Source: a virus. Taken from it: a DNA stretch of 64,000 nt. Both the position numbers and the translations under genes were made by a program. This document shows positions 1 through 9,611 of the stretch, piece by piece (position 1 is the first letter of the stretch; every line of letters begins with the position of its first letter). The stretch covers positions 32,001-96,000 of the IMG/VR virus record IMGVR_UViG_3300045988_184160. One strand, written 5' to 3'. The notes under the pieces are model-generated. The model was given only the letters and a program-made list of their open reading frames with translations. It did not search any database and was not told the origin of the DNA.

Positions 1-1
1 A

Positions 2-142
2 GGGGAAACACTAGTTAACATTCTCGCTAGTGAAGCATTGGATAAGATGCCTGCCTTTATGAAATCACTTAAAAAAGCACCCAACGGCAATGGGTTAATG
101 CTGCGCGTCGTCCCTGAGGAGCTTGTGGAAATACGGAAGTGA
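2..142 (+). CDS. 3' end of a CDS that starts upstream of the window (partial)
   Basis: Frame is open from the window edge to TGA at 140-142 (...LMLRVVPEELVEIRK*). No family recognised. Confidence 0.35.
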   Translation, partial: GETLVNILASEALDKMPAFMKSLKKAPNGNGLMLRVVPEELVEIRK

Positions 143-201
143 GGGGCGTTGTTTGATAGTTAAAAGAGTTTTTCAGTTTTATTATAAGGTGATATTTTCT
201 C

Positions 202-645
202 ATGAATAACTATCAGATGCCCCCCTACGGACAGCAGCAGATGGGGTGGATGTCAGGTATGGGGGGTGTCACCAACCCCCCACATGGGCAGCAATTTAAT
301 CAGGAATACCCACCACCCCAAGCACGCCAACGGTTCCCTCCTAAACAGGAAATTGTGGATTATATTCGGGGTAACCTGTTTGGGGATGAGCCTGTGACTG
401 TAAACTTGATTGAGCGTGACTGGGACAGGGATTATATTCCGCATTTTTGTTGCCTACCGTTTTTTGAGCACCGGTTGCAGAAGAATTTTTTCAGGATTGA
501 TATACCAGGGTGGGGTCCCTATAACGTGGATTTTTATATGCACCGTGGGTACCACCAGGTTTTTGGGTTCTGCAATACTTTAACGATTGTTGATGACACT
601 ATCCCCACCAGAGATACTGCTAGCGGGTATTCGACGTTTATGTAA
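202..645 (+). CDS. hypothetical protein with a Q/P/G-rich N-terminus
   Basis: 147-aa ORF with ATG start. N-terminal ~50 aa are low complexity (PPYGQQQMGW...PPPQARQ). Followed by a hairpin and T6. Confidence 0.55.
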   Translation: MNNYQMPPYGQQQMGWMSGMGGVTNPPHGQQFNQEYPPPQARQRFPPKQEIVDYIRGNLFGDEPVTVNLIERDWDRDYIPHFCCLPFFEHRLQKNFFRIDIPGWGPYNVDFYMHRGYHQVFGFCNTLTIVDDTIPTRDTASGYSTFM

Positions 646-648
646 AAT

Positions 649-702
649 TCCTTATAGTATGATAAAGACAACAAGTTCATTATTGTACTATAAGGATTTT
701 TT
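649..702 (+). terminator. stem-loop plus T-tract (terminator, possibly also an operator)
   Basis: Perfect 11-bp inverted repeat TCCTTATAGTA (649-659) / TACTATAAGGA (686-696), 26-nt loop, then TTTTTT at 697-702. Confidence 0.45.
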
Positions 703-704
703 AT

Positions 705-3209
705 ATGTCACCAGCAGGGTTTGGTTTAGGCGCTGTGCATGTCCCAGCAGAAGAGCCAGTAGAAGAGATTGAAGAGCAGGAAAAGATTACCCCCGCACCT
801 GTGGATGAGGACTCCCCCACAGATGTTGAGTCTGAAGAAGACACTGAGGTTCTAGGGGAAGAAACTCAAGACGAGGAAACCATCTCAGACGACGAGTCAG
901 AAGACGCCCCCAGCGACGACAGTGCACTCATAGAAACAAGGCTCACCAAAGAAGAGCTGCTAGAGAAACTAGCAGGAGAAGACGCCGAGCACATCGCCAG
1001 TAGCGACGGCGAAAAGCACACTGTGGCGCGAGAAGGAGAAGACCGGTTATACCTCGAAGACCTGTCCCCCGTTTTCGCTAGAGAAAAAAATGATGGGGAA
1101 TGGGAATACTATCGCCTGATCGAAGAAACGAACACTACGCCCCTTTCTTTCAAAGCCCAAAATAATTTGGTGCCCAGCAAAGAAGGGGAGCCAGTCAAGG
1201 AACGTGGCGAAGATGAAGCTGTTGCCTACACTGACGATAAGACGGGTGACTTCCTGTACCATGACGGGCGGCAGGTCTTCTATCTGGGGGATGAGGACAA
1301 CAAAACCCTAGTCACTTTCTCCACCGAAACCAGTATTAGTGTGCTACCCGAGGATACCGAATATCACACGGCCAAAGATTTCTTAGGTGAAGATTACTTA
1401 GCTCAAATCTCTAAATATCTGCAGGGGAAACAATCAGTTCTGTATAAGGACACTGACGGCAATATCCAAGAAACAAACACCGCTGCCGCCCGCGAGGAAG
1501 AAACACTCGCCACACCACCAGAAGGAACCAGTGCCAAGCCTACGACCTTAGAAAACGTAGAAGTCGCTAACGCCTACATCCGGCACGTGAACATGGATGA
1601 GGTGGGTATCCCGCCCATCAAAACGAAATCCAGGACAGCGGAATCGTTGGACGGGCTTAAAAACAGTATGCAGCAGAACGGGATGCTTGTCCCTATCCTA
1701 CTCGTTGAGTCTGACGCATATAGGGAAAACAAAAACATGGAAGAGGTTTTCTCTACTGGCCCGAAATACTGGCTGGTGGACGGTTTACGTCGCCTACACG
1801 CCCACAATATGTTGCACGGCAAGAAAGACTTCCTCGCAATCGTCCGAAGCTACGACGCGGATGTGGAGCACCTGCTGCCGCAGATCATTAGGCGTGTCCA
1901 AACCACCCGCCCCATGAACGTCCTTGAGAAATACGCGACCGCTAAAATACTGCTCGCCCAAGAAGGGCTTACCCTCGAAGCAGTGGAGTTCCTGTGCGAG
2001 CTGAGCATCGGCGACTACACGCGACTTCAAGCGATCCTAGAGGCACCCGAGAAACACTCGGAGGCTAGAGAGAAGCTTCTAGAGGGGAAGCTCGATAAGT
2101 CCGCTATAGCTGCAGCATATAACATTCTGGTGAAGCTGCAGAAAGAAGAAGAGCTTAGTGAACTGGATAAGAGCACGGGTGACACTGAGGAAGCTATAGA
2201 ACCTAAGAGTGATAGCGGTGACGAAGAAGAGGGTATGTCCTCTGTGGAGTCGCTAGAAAGCCTTGGTATGACATTCGCTGAGACCCCTGAGGATGTGAAG
2301 GCGTTCGATGATGCTGTGGAAGCATACCATAACGGGGCAGAGGAAGCCGAGTCAGACGATGAACCTGTAGACTCGCGTCACGCGAAACGAGACGAACTGC
2401 AGAAAGTTGGTGACCGTAAACTACTCGATCCAGCGCTCAAAGCTGAAGTGGTTGAACGTGACGGGCACCGGTGCCGTGGCTGCGGTGTTCACCTCACAGG
2501 GTTCTATGCGAGCGCGAACCGGGAAATCCACCACACCTTCCAGGTTGCTAACCAGCTTGAAGAGTCCCGTGACAGTATTGGTAAAGCGGACTATGTTTTC
2601 ACAACCGTTGATAGTAATGGTGAAACCATCAACCATGCTGGGCAGGAAGATATTCTTGTAACGTTCTGCAAGAACTGCCACTCCCTGACACACGTTCTGC
2701 ACTGCTCGGGCGGTAAGACCGGTATCTCCAAAGAAGAGTTCGAGAAATACGAGCCGTGGCAGAAGGAGCAGTTGAAGAAATGTCTCTACTTCTCGAAGAT
2801 CCTGCAGTACGCTCAAGACAAATCTGGGCGTAAGGGTAGGCAGCAGTACACGAACCACGCTTTCTGGCAGACTGTGAGTGAAAACAAGGCTGTGGATGAT
2901 GCCTTGTTGAGCAAGCGTGAGGAGGCTTCTGCGGAGTCCGTGGAGACCCCAGCTGAGGAGCTGGAATCTGCTACGGTTGAGGCGGAGTTGGAAGCTGACA
3001 CCGACCTGTCAGTTGCGGTAGACGAATCAAATGTTGAAAATGAAGATTCTGAGGATGAAACCCAGTCAGACACTAGTGGACTAGTGGGCGAAGAATCACC
3101 CGAAGAAGACACTGAAACACTTGACCTAGACAATGACTTTACTGGCGAAAATGACGATAATACCGATAATGAAGAAGAAGATAATGGGGGCACCACCTCA
3201 TTGCTCTAA
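705..3209 (+). CDS. ParB/Srx-like nuclease domain + HNH endonuclease fusion protein with poly-acidic N- and C-terminal tails
   Basis: 834 aa. ParB-type motif ...GMLVPILLVE...YWLVDGLRRLHAH (DGLRR at nt 1779-1799). HNH-type Cys/His cluster ERDGHRCRGCGVHL...EIHHT...CKNCHSLTH (from about nt 2452). D/E-rich termini. Confidence 0.8.
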   Translation: MSPAGFGLGAVHVPAEEPVEEIEEQEKITPAPVDEDSPTDVESEEDTEVLGEETQDEETISDDESEDAPSDDSALIETRLTKEELLEKLAGEDAEHIASSDGEKHTVAREGEDRLYLEDLSPVFAREKNDGEWEYYRLIEETNTTPLSFKAQNNLVPSKEGEPVKERGEDEAVAYTDDKTGDFLYHDGRQVFYLGDEDNKTLVTFSTETSISVLPEDTEYHTAKDFLGEDYLAQISKYLQGKQSVLYKDTDGNIQETNTAAAREEETLATPPEGTSAKPTTLENVEVANAYIRHVNMDEVGIPPIKTKSRTAESLDGLKNSMQQNGMLVPILLVESDAYRENKNMEEVFSTGPKYWLVDGLRRLHAHNMLHGKKDFLAIVRSYDADVEHLLPQIIRRVQTTRPMNVLEKYATAKILLAQEGLTLEAVEFLCELSIGDYTRLQAILEAPEKHSEAREKLLEGKLDKSAIAAAYNILVKLQKEEELSELDKSTGDTEEAIEPKSDSGDEEEGMSSVESLESLGMTFAETPEDVKAFDDAVEAYHNGAEEAESDDEPVDSRHAKRDELQKVGDRKLLDPALKAEVVERDGHRCRGCGVHLTGFYASANREIHHTFQVANQLEESRDSIGKADYVFTTVDSNGETINHAGQEDILVTFCKNCHSLTHVLHCSGGKTGISKEEFEKYEPWQKEQLKKCLYFSKILQYAQDKSGRKGRQQYTNHAFWQTVSENKAVDDALLSKREEASAESVETPAEELESATVEAELEADTDLSVAVDESNVENEDSEDETQSDTSGLVGEESPEEDTETLDLDNDFTGENDDNTDNEEEDNGGTTSLL

Positions 3210-3229
3210 AGGGGTATAAAACCCTGGGG

Positions 3230-3279
3230 TAGCCGAGTATTCAACCCACATATTAGGTTGGGTGCTCGGCTATTTCTTT
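3230..3279 (+). terminator. rho-independent terminator candidate
   Basis: TAGCCGAG (3230-3237) pairs with CTCGGCTA (3265-3272). Inner CAACC/GGTTG pairing. Followed by TTTCTTT. Confidence 0.5.
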
Positions 3280-3413
3280 GCCTGCAATACACCTCTTTTC
3301 CTTACCAGCTTTGGTGAATAAACCTCCAAGAAATATTCATGGTTCACCGAACTAAATACACGCCTGACCATGAAACCCTTACAGTGGCTAAGAATAATGT
3401 TACGCACCCCAGT

Positions 3414-3441
3414 TTGCATATGCGAATAAAAATGCTATCCT
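3414..3441 (+). promoter_or_regulatory. sigma70-like promoter candidate
   Basis: TTGCAT (3414-3419), 16-nt spacer, then TGcTATCCT (extended -10, TATCCT at 3436-3441). Lies about 55 nt upstream of the ATG at 3496. Confidence 0.3.
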
Positions 3442-3495
3442 GTTCTTGTATTCATAAATTAGTGAACCGTTAGGAACTGGAAAAGAGGAAGAAAA

Positions 3496-3948
3496 ATGAG
3501 GGCAATTTTTAAGGCTATCAAGTTTGGTATGGGCGGTACTATTGTTACCGTTTTCGCCGCAATCGTGGGTTTCACCCAGGGTCTTAGCTTTGTGAGCATA
3601 TTCAATATGGGAATGGTGGGGACTACGGTATTCTGCGTAGGATACCTCGCTTACCGCATGTACCGTGCCGTGACTGGCGCGACCGCAGACGCTATCCGTT
3701 GGGCAACCGGAACCGACGGTGCACCCCGTACCAGCCGCAGCAGCTACTCCACCAAGCACGAAACCACCCACTACCATGACTACGACTACTCCGTCAGCAA
3801 GGACGACGAGCCCGTTGCGATCTGGGTGAACGCCGCAGATAACCGTGTTTTGGACGCGACCTTCTCTAGTGGGCACGGTAGCGCCGCGAAGAAGCGTGCC
3901 GATAATGCTCTGGCTTACGCACGTAGCCAGAACCGTTTCGCCTACTAG
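3496..3948 (+). CDS. small membrane protein (two predicted TM helices), function unknown
   Basis: 150 aa. GAGGA RBS at 3485-3489. N-terminal hydrophobic segments GGTIVTVFAAIVGF and MVGTTVFCVGYLAY. Confidence 0.55.
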   Translation: MRAIFKAIKFGMGGTIVTVFAAIVGFTQGLSFVSIFNMGMVGTTVFCVGYLAYRMYRAVTGATADAIRWATGTDGAPRTSRSSYSTKHETTHYHDYDYSVSKDDEPVAIWVNAADNRVLDATFSSGHGSAAKKRADNALAYARSQNRFAY

Positions 3949-4099
3949 TAGGTAGGGTCTGCCCGTCTTTATCGTTCCTGGGTTCTCTAACAACTGAATA
4001 CAAGCATGAGAGGTGCTGTTAAGAGTTTTTGTACTCTTAATGGCACCTTTTCCTATATCATGGAGAGGTGTAAATATTAAAGGGGTCTTTCTAAGAAAA

Positions 4100-5473
4100 A
4101 TGAGTGAAAAAACAACAGAAAAACCATTCCAGATATCCCGCCGGCAGGCATTTAAAACCGCTGTAGCCCTGTATTTAGGGGCTACTTTCAGCACCATAAC
4201 AACCACTATTGCGCGCGCCTACGACAAGGACGGCAACGACGCATATGACTGGATTCAGCCACTTAATACGCCTGGGGTGCCAAGGTCTTTTTCTCAGTCT
4301 AATAAGGGTAAAGAGAACGCCGAGAAAGTCCCTGACTATTACACTATTTCTCTCGGGTCTAACGGTATCAATGTTTTGTATGGTGGGCAGCCCTGTAGTG
4401 TTGGTTTAGCTGGTTGCACCACTTTCGCTTTCTATAACCTTTTCCTTAAAGCTGGTGTGATCGACGGGAAAATGCGTTACGCATCAACTGATGCAGGTGA
4501 AGACACCTACCATAAACGCTACATTCTCACAGATAAGCTAGTGACCTCAGAAGGGGCAGCCTTGTGGAACGCCCCAGCCGACCACTCCGACGGTAAAATT
4601 AAATACAAGGGCTGGGCGGATGGACAAGCTGGTATCGCTGCGGCGCTCAAAAGCGACCCGTCATCACTCGCTATAATCCACATCGAATCCCCCCTTGGGA
4701 TGCACTGGGTGTACGGTGAAGATGTTACAGACGACGGGAAAATCGTTATCGTGGACTCCGGGTGGGGGCACCACTTCCTGCCAGCGCCCTCATACTCTGT
4801 GGTCTACGGTGCCCACATGTACAGCATGGAGGGTAAGAAACGGTCAGACGTTGAGTCTTTCGCCAACATAGGCCCAGACGGTCAGCTCAGTGGCGGCGGC
4901 GGTGGTGGGGAGAATAAGGACAGCGACCCGAATGCTGGGGAGCATGACACAACCACTGCTGGGGAAAACGCTAAACCCATTGAAGAGCTAGACCTTGACG
5001 GGATGGAAGGACGTAAAGCCTACGAGCTGCGTGCTGAACGCCCCAACGATGGGCAACCCAATGACGGGCGCGGGTTCATTAGACCCGATGCTTTGGATGT
5101 CCCGAGGAAAGAACGGGACACCCTCGCTAGAATGAAAGAGGACCAGAAGGCTACTCGTGAAGGGGAGATAGATTCAGGGTTCCGGTCTATTGGCACATTG
5201 GCTGGTATCCTTGGGAGCCTATATGCTCTAGCTGTCATGCTGACGTATGTTTTCGACAAGAACGGCGGCGCGGGCATGACGTTCTCCGACCGGATAGCAC
5301 CCAGAAAATTCGTCAACCCAGAGGACGAAGAGCATGGCACAGGCAGGATGTTCAAGTTCGTGATCGTGGTGTTCATCATATCGGTTCTGCTGGTGACGGG
5401 TCTTCTGCCTAGTATCATGGGGAACATAGTGAATGTTTTGGGTGACATCTGGAAAAACATAGGAGGACGATAA
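4100..5473 (+). CDS. Tat-signal exported papain-fold cysteine peptidase candidate (CHAP/NlpC-like) with a C-terminal membrane anchor
   Basis: I moved the start to the ATG at 4100 (MSEKTTEK...). Twin-arginine motif SRRQAFK followed by a hydrophobic segment ending ARA. Cys motif AGCTTFAFYN, then later GMHWVYGEDVTDDGKIVIVDSGWG, which resembles CHAP Cys/His spacing. Two C-terminal TM segments. Confidence 0.55.
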   Translation: MSEKTTEKPFQISRRQAFKTAVALYLGATFSTITTTIARAYDKDGNDAYDWIQPLNTPGVPRSFSQSNKGKENAEKVPDYYTISLGSNGINVLYGGQPCSVGLAGCTTFAFYNLFLKAGVIDGKMRYASTDAGEDTYHKRYILTDKLVTSEGAALWNAPADHSDGKIKYKGWADGQAGIAAALKSDPSSLAIIHIESPLGMHWVYGEDVTDDGKIVIVDSGWGHHFLPAPSYSVVYGAHMYSMEGKKRSDVESFANIGPDGQLSGGGGGGENKDSDPNAGEHDTTTAGENAKPIEELDLDGMEGRKAYELRAERPNDGQPNDGRGFIRPDALDVPRKERDTLARMKEDQKATREGEIDSGFRSIGTLAGILGSLYALAVMLTYVFDKNGGAGMTFSDRIAPRKFVNPEDEEHGTGRMFKFVIVVFIISVLLVTGLLPSIMGNIVNVLGDIWKNIGGR

Positions 5474-5477
5474 GAGC

Positions 5478-5936
5478 ATGAGAGAAGGAAGAACAGAGCA
5501 TATCCTGTTGACTGTGGGTACACACGGCTGGGTTATCCTGCAGAACGAGGCAGTTGCCCGCACGCACGCTGGTGTACCAGCTGAAGGTAGGAAGCGTATC
5601 AGTAGCCGTGGGGATGCCTTGGACGCGCTCTGTGAGGGGCTGGGGGTGTTCCCGTCCCTCATGCTGCCCGAGTACGGGGAGGACGGGGAGAGGATCAGGT
5701 ACACTCTCACCCTTGAAACAAAGTACAGTATCGTTGAGAAGAATCTGTCTCGCACACCGGATAAGGCTAGTAGTGATGAGAGTAAATATTTGAGAATCAA
5801 AGACCTTAAAGACAGGTGCGACGCACTGGTTATCACAAACACGACCGCTTCACCGTTCGCAGACGTTTACCTTGCGTCCACCCCCAAGGCAGAGAAGCCC
5901 ATATCAGCAGCAGATTACCTATCTGAGTTAGGGTAA
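5478..5936 (+). CDS. hypothetical protein
   Basis: 152-aa ORF. AGGAGG at 5461-5466. Tightly packed with its neighbours. Confidence 0.55.
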   Translation: MREGRTEHILLTVGTHGWVILQNEAVARTHAGVPAEGRKRISSRGDALDALCEGLGVFPSLMLPEYGEDGERIRYTLTLETKYSIVEKNLSRTPDKASSDESKYLRIKDLKDRCDALVITNTTASPFADVYLASTPKAEKPISAADYLSELG

Positions 5937-5943
5937 GGTTATC

Positions 5944-6630
5944 GTGGATTTTTTTGCTTTCGCTGTTGACCCTGAGAAGCTTGGTGACACTCTAGCGCGC
6001 ATGGGTGACCTTGGTAGGGAGGAGTACCGGAACCGCGTGTTTGTTGGCGGTAAGAGTGGTGCTCCTGCTACGGATAGTCAGGATGTTACACATGTTTTGG
6101 AGATTCTGATGCTTGCTACGCAGCGGGGGTCTTCTTTGTCTAAGAACCTGAATATTCTTGCGTATTCTCATCGGGCTAAGGAGAATGATCGTAAGAATCA
6201 GCATAAGGTGGACCAGAAAACTTTCTACATCAACAATTCTGAGAAGAGCGAAGACGGGGAACCGCTCTACGACGCATTCACCCAGCACACCCTACCCTCA
6301 CACGTCCTATCCACCAGTGAAGGCGGGTACGAAGAAGTGGAAATGTCCAGCACCACCAGAGCAGCCGTGCGGTGGGTACTAGACAACAGGCGCAGACTAT
6401 TCCTGGAACACGGTGTTGATGTGGTGCGCGCCCTCTCAGTTATGGGCGAAAACGAAGATGCACAGAACAACCTGCGGGTTGTGTGCTGCAGCGACCAGGA
6501 GTTCCGTGAAATCCTGGATGATATTAGGAAACTATCAGCAGTCAGGTGCCTCAACATGTCCGTAACCGACCTGTTCAAATCCCATGTGAACGACCTGTTC
6601 CTCCACGAGAGGGGGCTGACCTGCGCATGA
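5944..6630 (+). CDS. hypothetical protein
   Basis: 228-aa ORF with GTG start. Its stop overlaps the next start (ATGA at 6627). Confidence 0.5.
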   Translation: MDFFAFAVDPEKLGDTLARMGDLGREEYRNRVFVGGKSGAPATDSQDVTHVLEILMLATQRGSSLSKNLNILAYSHRAKENDRKNQHKVDQKTFYINNSEKSEDGEPLYDAFTQHTLPSHVLSTSEGGYEEVEMSSTTRAAVRWVLDNRRRLFLEHGVDVVRALSVMGENEDAQNNLRVVCCSDQEFREILDDIRKLSAVRCLNMSVTDLFKSHVNDLFLHERGLTCA

Positions 6631-7682
6631 CAACCAAACTACCGTCACCACGGAAGATAGTGCAGAAAACCCCTGTCGTTCGGGATATTAACTACTTGAG
6701 TAAGCCGCGTAACCTAGACGAGGACGATAAAAAGTACGCCCAGAAATATTTGACGAAGATAATTATTTGGTGTCTTGCTATTATCGCCGTACTCAGTGTG
6801 GCATCGTTGATGCTTTTCACCAGCATCAACGATGACGCGAAAATCGACAAAGAAACACAGAAAGAACTACTGCAAAACCCCACCGCAACCACCACCCCAT
6901 CATACGACCGAGCATCCGCATACCCATCCGTCGCATCCAACGGATCAACCTACACCGTGCCTGACGTGTCCAACAAACCATACGTGGACAAGTCCAGTAT
7001 CACCACCCACGGGTTCACCCTCTACAAGGCAGGGGAGAAAAAAGACTCCCTCATCTCCGAGAGGCTAACACGGTCACTCATCCAAAAATACGGTGACGCA
7101 ATGCCAAGCGCCGCATCAGTCGCAGCATTCCCTATCGTCGGTGAAGACACCACTAACTCCGCTTACCTCATGTTCGACCCGCAGAAACAGTTCGTGTTCT
7201 CCATCAAAGAAACCCCCGATTCAGTGGAAGACAACTACTACACCGCCACCACAGGCGCAGAACAAGACTACCAACGCTGGGTAGACATCTACAAGACATC
7301 CCACGAAGTAGTAGACATCCTCAGGGACACCCCCACAGGGCTCATCAGCGACCACACCCAAGCAACTAACCTAGACGCACTGCAAGCCAACACGGGCACC
7401 ACGGTTGTGATGATCCTAGACCCCAACAAAACCACTGTAGGGGACAAAAAACAAGCCCTAGAGGTGGCACGGAAACTAGCTGCACAAATCAAGCCACGCA
7501 AAGACTTCGATATTGAAATCCGGTGGGCGACCAGCAGGGACGAATGGGTAAAAACCAAAGCCCACAAAATCAGCAAAAACGAACACTTAGGCGTTGATGA
7601 AACCCTCCGCAGGCTAACACCAGCCCTGCAGGGCGATACGATCACCATCACCACAACCCCCAAAACTGTCCGCACCCAATAA
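6627..7682 (+). CDS. membrane-anchored protein (single N-terminal TM), function unknown
   Basis: Start trimmed to the ATG at 6627, which overlaps the upstream stop. TM segment IIIWCLAIIAVLSVASLMLFTSI, then a T/S/P-rich ectodomain. Confidence 0.55.
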   Translation: MTTKLPSPRKIVQKTPVVRDINYLSKPRNLDEDDKKYAQKYLTKIIIWCLAIIAVLSVASLMLFTSINDDAKIDKETQKELLQNPTATTTPSYDRASAYPSVASNGSTYTVPDVSNKPYVDKSSITTHGFTLYKAGEKKDSLISERLTRSLIQKYGDAMPSAASVAAFPIVGEDTTNSAYLMFDPQKQFVFSIKETPDSVEDNYYTATTGAEQDYQRWVDIYKTSHEVVDILRDTPTGLISDHTQATNLDALQANTGTTVVMILDPNKTTVGDKKQALEVARKLAAQIKPRKDFDIEIRWATSRDEWVKTKAHKISKNEHLGVDETLRRLTPALQGDTITITTTPKTVRTQ

Positions 7683-7772
7683 AAGTTATGACGAAACAAT
7701 TTGCGGACACCAACCCGCGACGTGTAACCTTGAAGAGCAATGTCACCACGGTAGCGAAAACCAGCCACCACA

Positions 7773-9611
7773 ATGGTGACAAGCAAATCAAGAACCACGA
7801 AAGAAAGAACCATGAACCAAGAAAACAGCCCAGGAACAGCACTAGCAAACGCGAAATTTCGTGCCCTTAACGCGCGTTTAAACGCCGCCGAGAAGGCGAA
7901 GGAATACTTGTTGGAGCGTCCCACGGACAAGAAGCGCACCTTCTTTGAGGAATATTCCAACTGCGGCATCCCTCAAGCTAAACTTGCGAACGACCCTAAA
8001 GCTTCCATGCTGGTCTATATCCCAAAAATTGTTCTTAACCCCGAATGGTTCAAGAAACCTGTTGTGGAGATGCAGGATAACTACGACAACCTGTCACTTG
8101 CGGCGTATCTTCTGCATAAGGTCACTGATCCTGAGAAGCAAGTCAAAGGTAAAAACGGTAAGAAATTCCCTGCGAAGGTAGCTAATATCCGCTGCACAGC
8201 GCACACAAAAAAGGAAAAGCTGCATAAGATTTTTGCAGATTTCAAAGCTGAGGGGATAGATCTAGGGTATCCCGAAGATTTTGAGGGTTGTCTAGTCTGC
8301 GAGGAGGGCAAGAAGCTTCAAAAAACTTTCTGGGGTACGGTAGATGACACTGGCGTGGTTTATTCCGACCCGAAGGTTTACCCGTATCTAGAGCAGTGGA
8401 CAGCTGAATTTGTCATGAATAAGCTCAACGGTGAAGAGCTTGACCTTAAAAACCCTGAACAAAAGGGCGCGTTGCACAGTTATATAGGTGCCAAGATTAA
8501 AGGGGTAGATCCTAATCTAATCAAGACTCTTGGAAATGCGCATGGCGGTTCAGTTCGCCCCATTAAGAGTGCTAAAACATCAGAAGGTTTCCCAGCTTCC
8601 CGCTTCGTCGTCCCAGTTTTCGTGATTACGGCAAAGCAGGAAAAAGTCACTAGGAAGAGCGCAGCGGGTCTTGAGCGCACCTTCATTGAAGACGTCCCTG
8701 TCTATAATGAGGATGGGACCCCCGCCGTTCAGCTGATGTTCCTTGATTTAACCGGCAAATTCTTGATTAATAATTTCGTCAAGAAGTACGCTAAAACTGT
8801 TGCTAGTGAGTCATCCTCAATGAACCAAGAAACCGAGGCTGATTTCATCATCGGGAAAGCCTATAGGCATGCTCTTGAGCGCGGAGATAGTGAGGAAGAA
8901 GCGAAGGAATACTCGAACAAGATTTGGGAACTTAAGAAGACGCTCCCTAATTCTTTTGGGGTTATTTCGCATAGTTCAGTCTCAGATAATGGAGTGGAAT
9001 TTAAAGAAGGATACACCTTTGATCGCCATAACTGGGATAGGGAATTAGATGATGTTTCTGGTTTCAATAACCCAGAGATCGTGAAGATCCGCGAATACTG
9101 CAACCATATTGCAGAAAATTTCTCTATACCTGGCGATGAGAGCGGCAAGACTTGGGCGCTGACCGGTAATATTGTGCAGATGCTTGTGAATGACGCAAAT
9201 CTTAAGCATTACAATGAGATCAAACAGCTCATTAAGCCTGTTGTGGATTATTGGGAAAAGCACCATCTTGAGGTTATTCAGAAGAATCGCGCATCTTATG
9301 GTGCTGGCTCTACTGTTGTGGAGCCTGAACCTAGGAAGGGTGTCATGTTCTCTGCTCGTCGCCAGAATGTGGAGGAGTCTAGCGCCCCTGCCCCTGAGGT
9401 TACCGAAGCCCAGTGGCTACCTCTTGAGCCTCCGGTTCCCGCGACACCAGCTGCCCCTGTTATTCAGGCGCAACCCGAGCCTGCAGCAGTGGCTTCTGCT
9501 AGTGTGCAACCTGTACAGCAGGTGGAAGACCCGATCCCTGCCGCCCAGAGTAACCCAGTAAGTAAACCTGAAACCACCAAAAAATCAGGTGAAGACCCTT
9601 TCCCCTTTTAA
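7773..9611 (+). CDS. hypothetical 612-aa protein with a P/A-rich linker and an SSB-like acidic C-terminal tip
   Basis: Long ORF; an alternative start is the ATG at 7812. C-terminus ...PEPAAVASASVQPVQQVEDPIPAAQ...GEDPFPF*. Confidence 0.6.
   Translation: MVTSKSRTTKERTMNQENSPGTALANAKFRALNARLNAAEKAKEYLLERPTDKKRTFFEEYSNCGIPQAKLANDPKASMLVYIPKIVLNPEWFKKPVVEMQDNYDNLSLAAYLLHKVTDPEKQVKGKNGKKFPAKVANIRCTAHTKKEKLHKIFADFKAEGIDLGYPEDFEGCLVCEEGKKLQKTFWGTVDDTGVVYSDPKVYPYLEQWTAEFVMNKLNGEELDLKNPEQKGALHSYIGAKIKGVDPNLIKTLGNAHGGSVRPIKSAKTSEGFPASRFVVPVFVITAKQEKVTRKSAAGLERTFIEDVPVYNEDGTPAVQLMFLDLTGKFLINNFVKKYAKTVASESSSMNQETEADFIIGKAYRHALERGDSEEEAKEYSNKIWELKKTLPNSFGVISHSSVSDNGVEFKEGYTFDRHNWDRELDDVSGFNNPEIVKIREYCNHIAENFSIPGDESGKTWALTGNIVQMLVNDANLKHYNEIKQLIKPVVDYWEKHHLEVIQKNRASYGAGSTVVEPEPRKGVMFSARRQNVEESSAPAPEVTEAQWLPLEPPVPATPAAPVIQAQPEPAAVASASVQPVQQVEDPIPAAQSNPVSKPETTKKSGEDPFPF

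Noticed and set aside
4013-4099. ORF-track N-terminal extensions (4013, 6546, 15951, 16994, 23729, 24486, 45485, 46182, 47728, 48687, 49126, 51112)
   Set aside because: In each case the extension overlaps the upstream gene or a terminator hairpin, or lacks an RBS. An internal ATG with an RBS or a stop-start overlap gives a sensible N-terminus, so the starts were trimmed. These remain predictions.
3400-4206. 268-aa ORF on the - strand overlapping the 3496-3948 and 4100-5473 genes
   Set aside because: It has no RBS and a junk-like composition, and it runs antisense to ORFs that have RBSs, TM segments and signal features. It is most simply a by-product of the skewed composition.
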